NCBI GenBank assembly: GCA_964199315.1
Contig: OZ116707.1
Location: 2,976,001 to 3,040,000, forward strand
Source of the DNA: Orbicella franksi
Lineage: Eukaryota
Length of the DNA stretch: 64,000 nucleotides
Direction of reading: 5' to 3'
Part shown: positions 63,875 through 64,000 of the stretch, piece by piece
Position numbering within the stretch: position 1 is the first letter of the stretch
Layout of the letters: each line of letters starts with the position of its first letter
Translations under genes and position numbers: made by a program
Notes under the pieces: generated by a model
What the model was told of the DNA's origin: nothing
The model's input: the letters and a program-made list of their open reading frames with translations, nothing else
The model's database searches: none

Positions 63875-64000
63875 AAGACAGAGACTATATCATGACCTTG
63901 GACTTTTTTTATTATGTAACGTTTGTTTTTAAAAAGAGATGCGTAGTAGGGGTGTTGCTGTTGTTGGCATCCAGTCCCCTTTTCGGTTGTTAAACCTGTC

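Larger units (their letters stand above)
58800..64000. mobile_element. Probable endogenous virus / Polinton-adintovirus-like accessory gene cluster (runs off the window)
   Basis: Closely packed short genes on both strands separated by TATAAAA, CCAATCA and TGACGTCA motifs; zf-GRF, F-box-like and basic-repeat proteins; many CGA>TGA stops. No pPolB, capsid or ATPase in the window. Confidence 0.5.

Overview
Eukaryotic, AT-rich window made up almost entirely of transposable elements. No bacterial or host housekeeping gene is recognisable. The repeat repertoire suggests a cnidarian (stony coral-like) genome, but this is inference. From left to right: a Sola-like DDE transposase remnant; small Crypton-type hairpin elements and a MITE; a decayed multi-exon winged-helix + PR-Set7-like SET-domain gene; a CACTA/EnSpm transposase pseudogene with a divergent SAM-domain ORF; an internally deleted AcademH element (88-bp TIRs, 9-bp TSD) nested in a TTAA-flanked element; two full-length BEL/Pao LTR retrotransposons, back to back and both with the TSD GTGAT (one has an uninterrupted 2012-codon gag-pol); a SAP-domain/Gypsy-RT chimera; a Ginger-like integrase carrying OTU and F-box-like domains; a full-length Gypsy element with a single CGA>TGA stop; a SAMD3-like multi-exon remnant; an apparently complete Crypton with an intact tyrosine recombinase and a ~160-bp terminal hairpin; and, from ~58.8 kb to the window end, a compact cluster of short virus-like genes (zf-GRF, spliced F-box-like, YR-x-KH repeat protein) that looks like the accessory arm of an endogenous Polinton/adintovirus-like element. 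All family assignments come from motif recognition by eye; no database searches were run.
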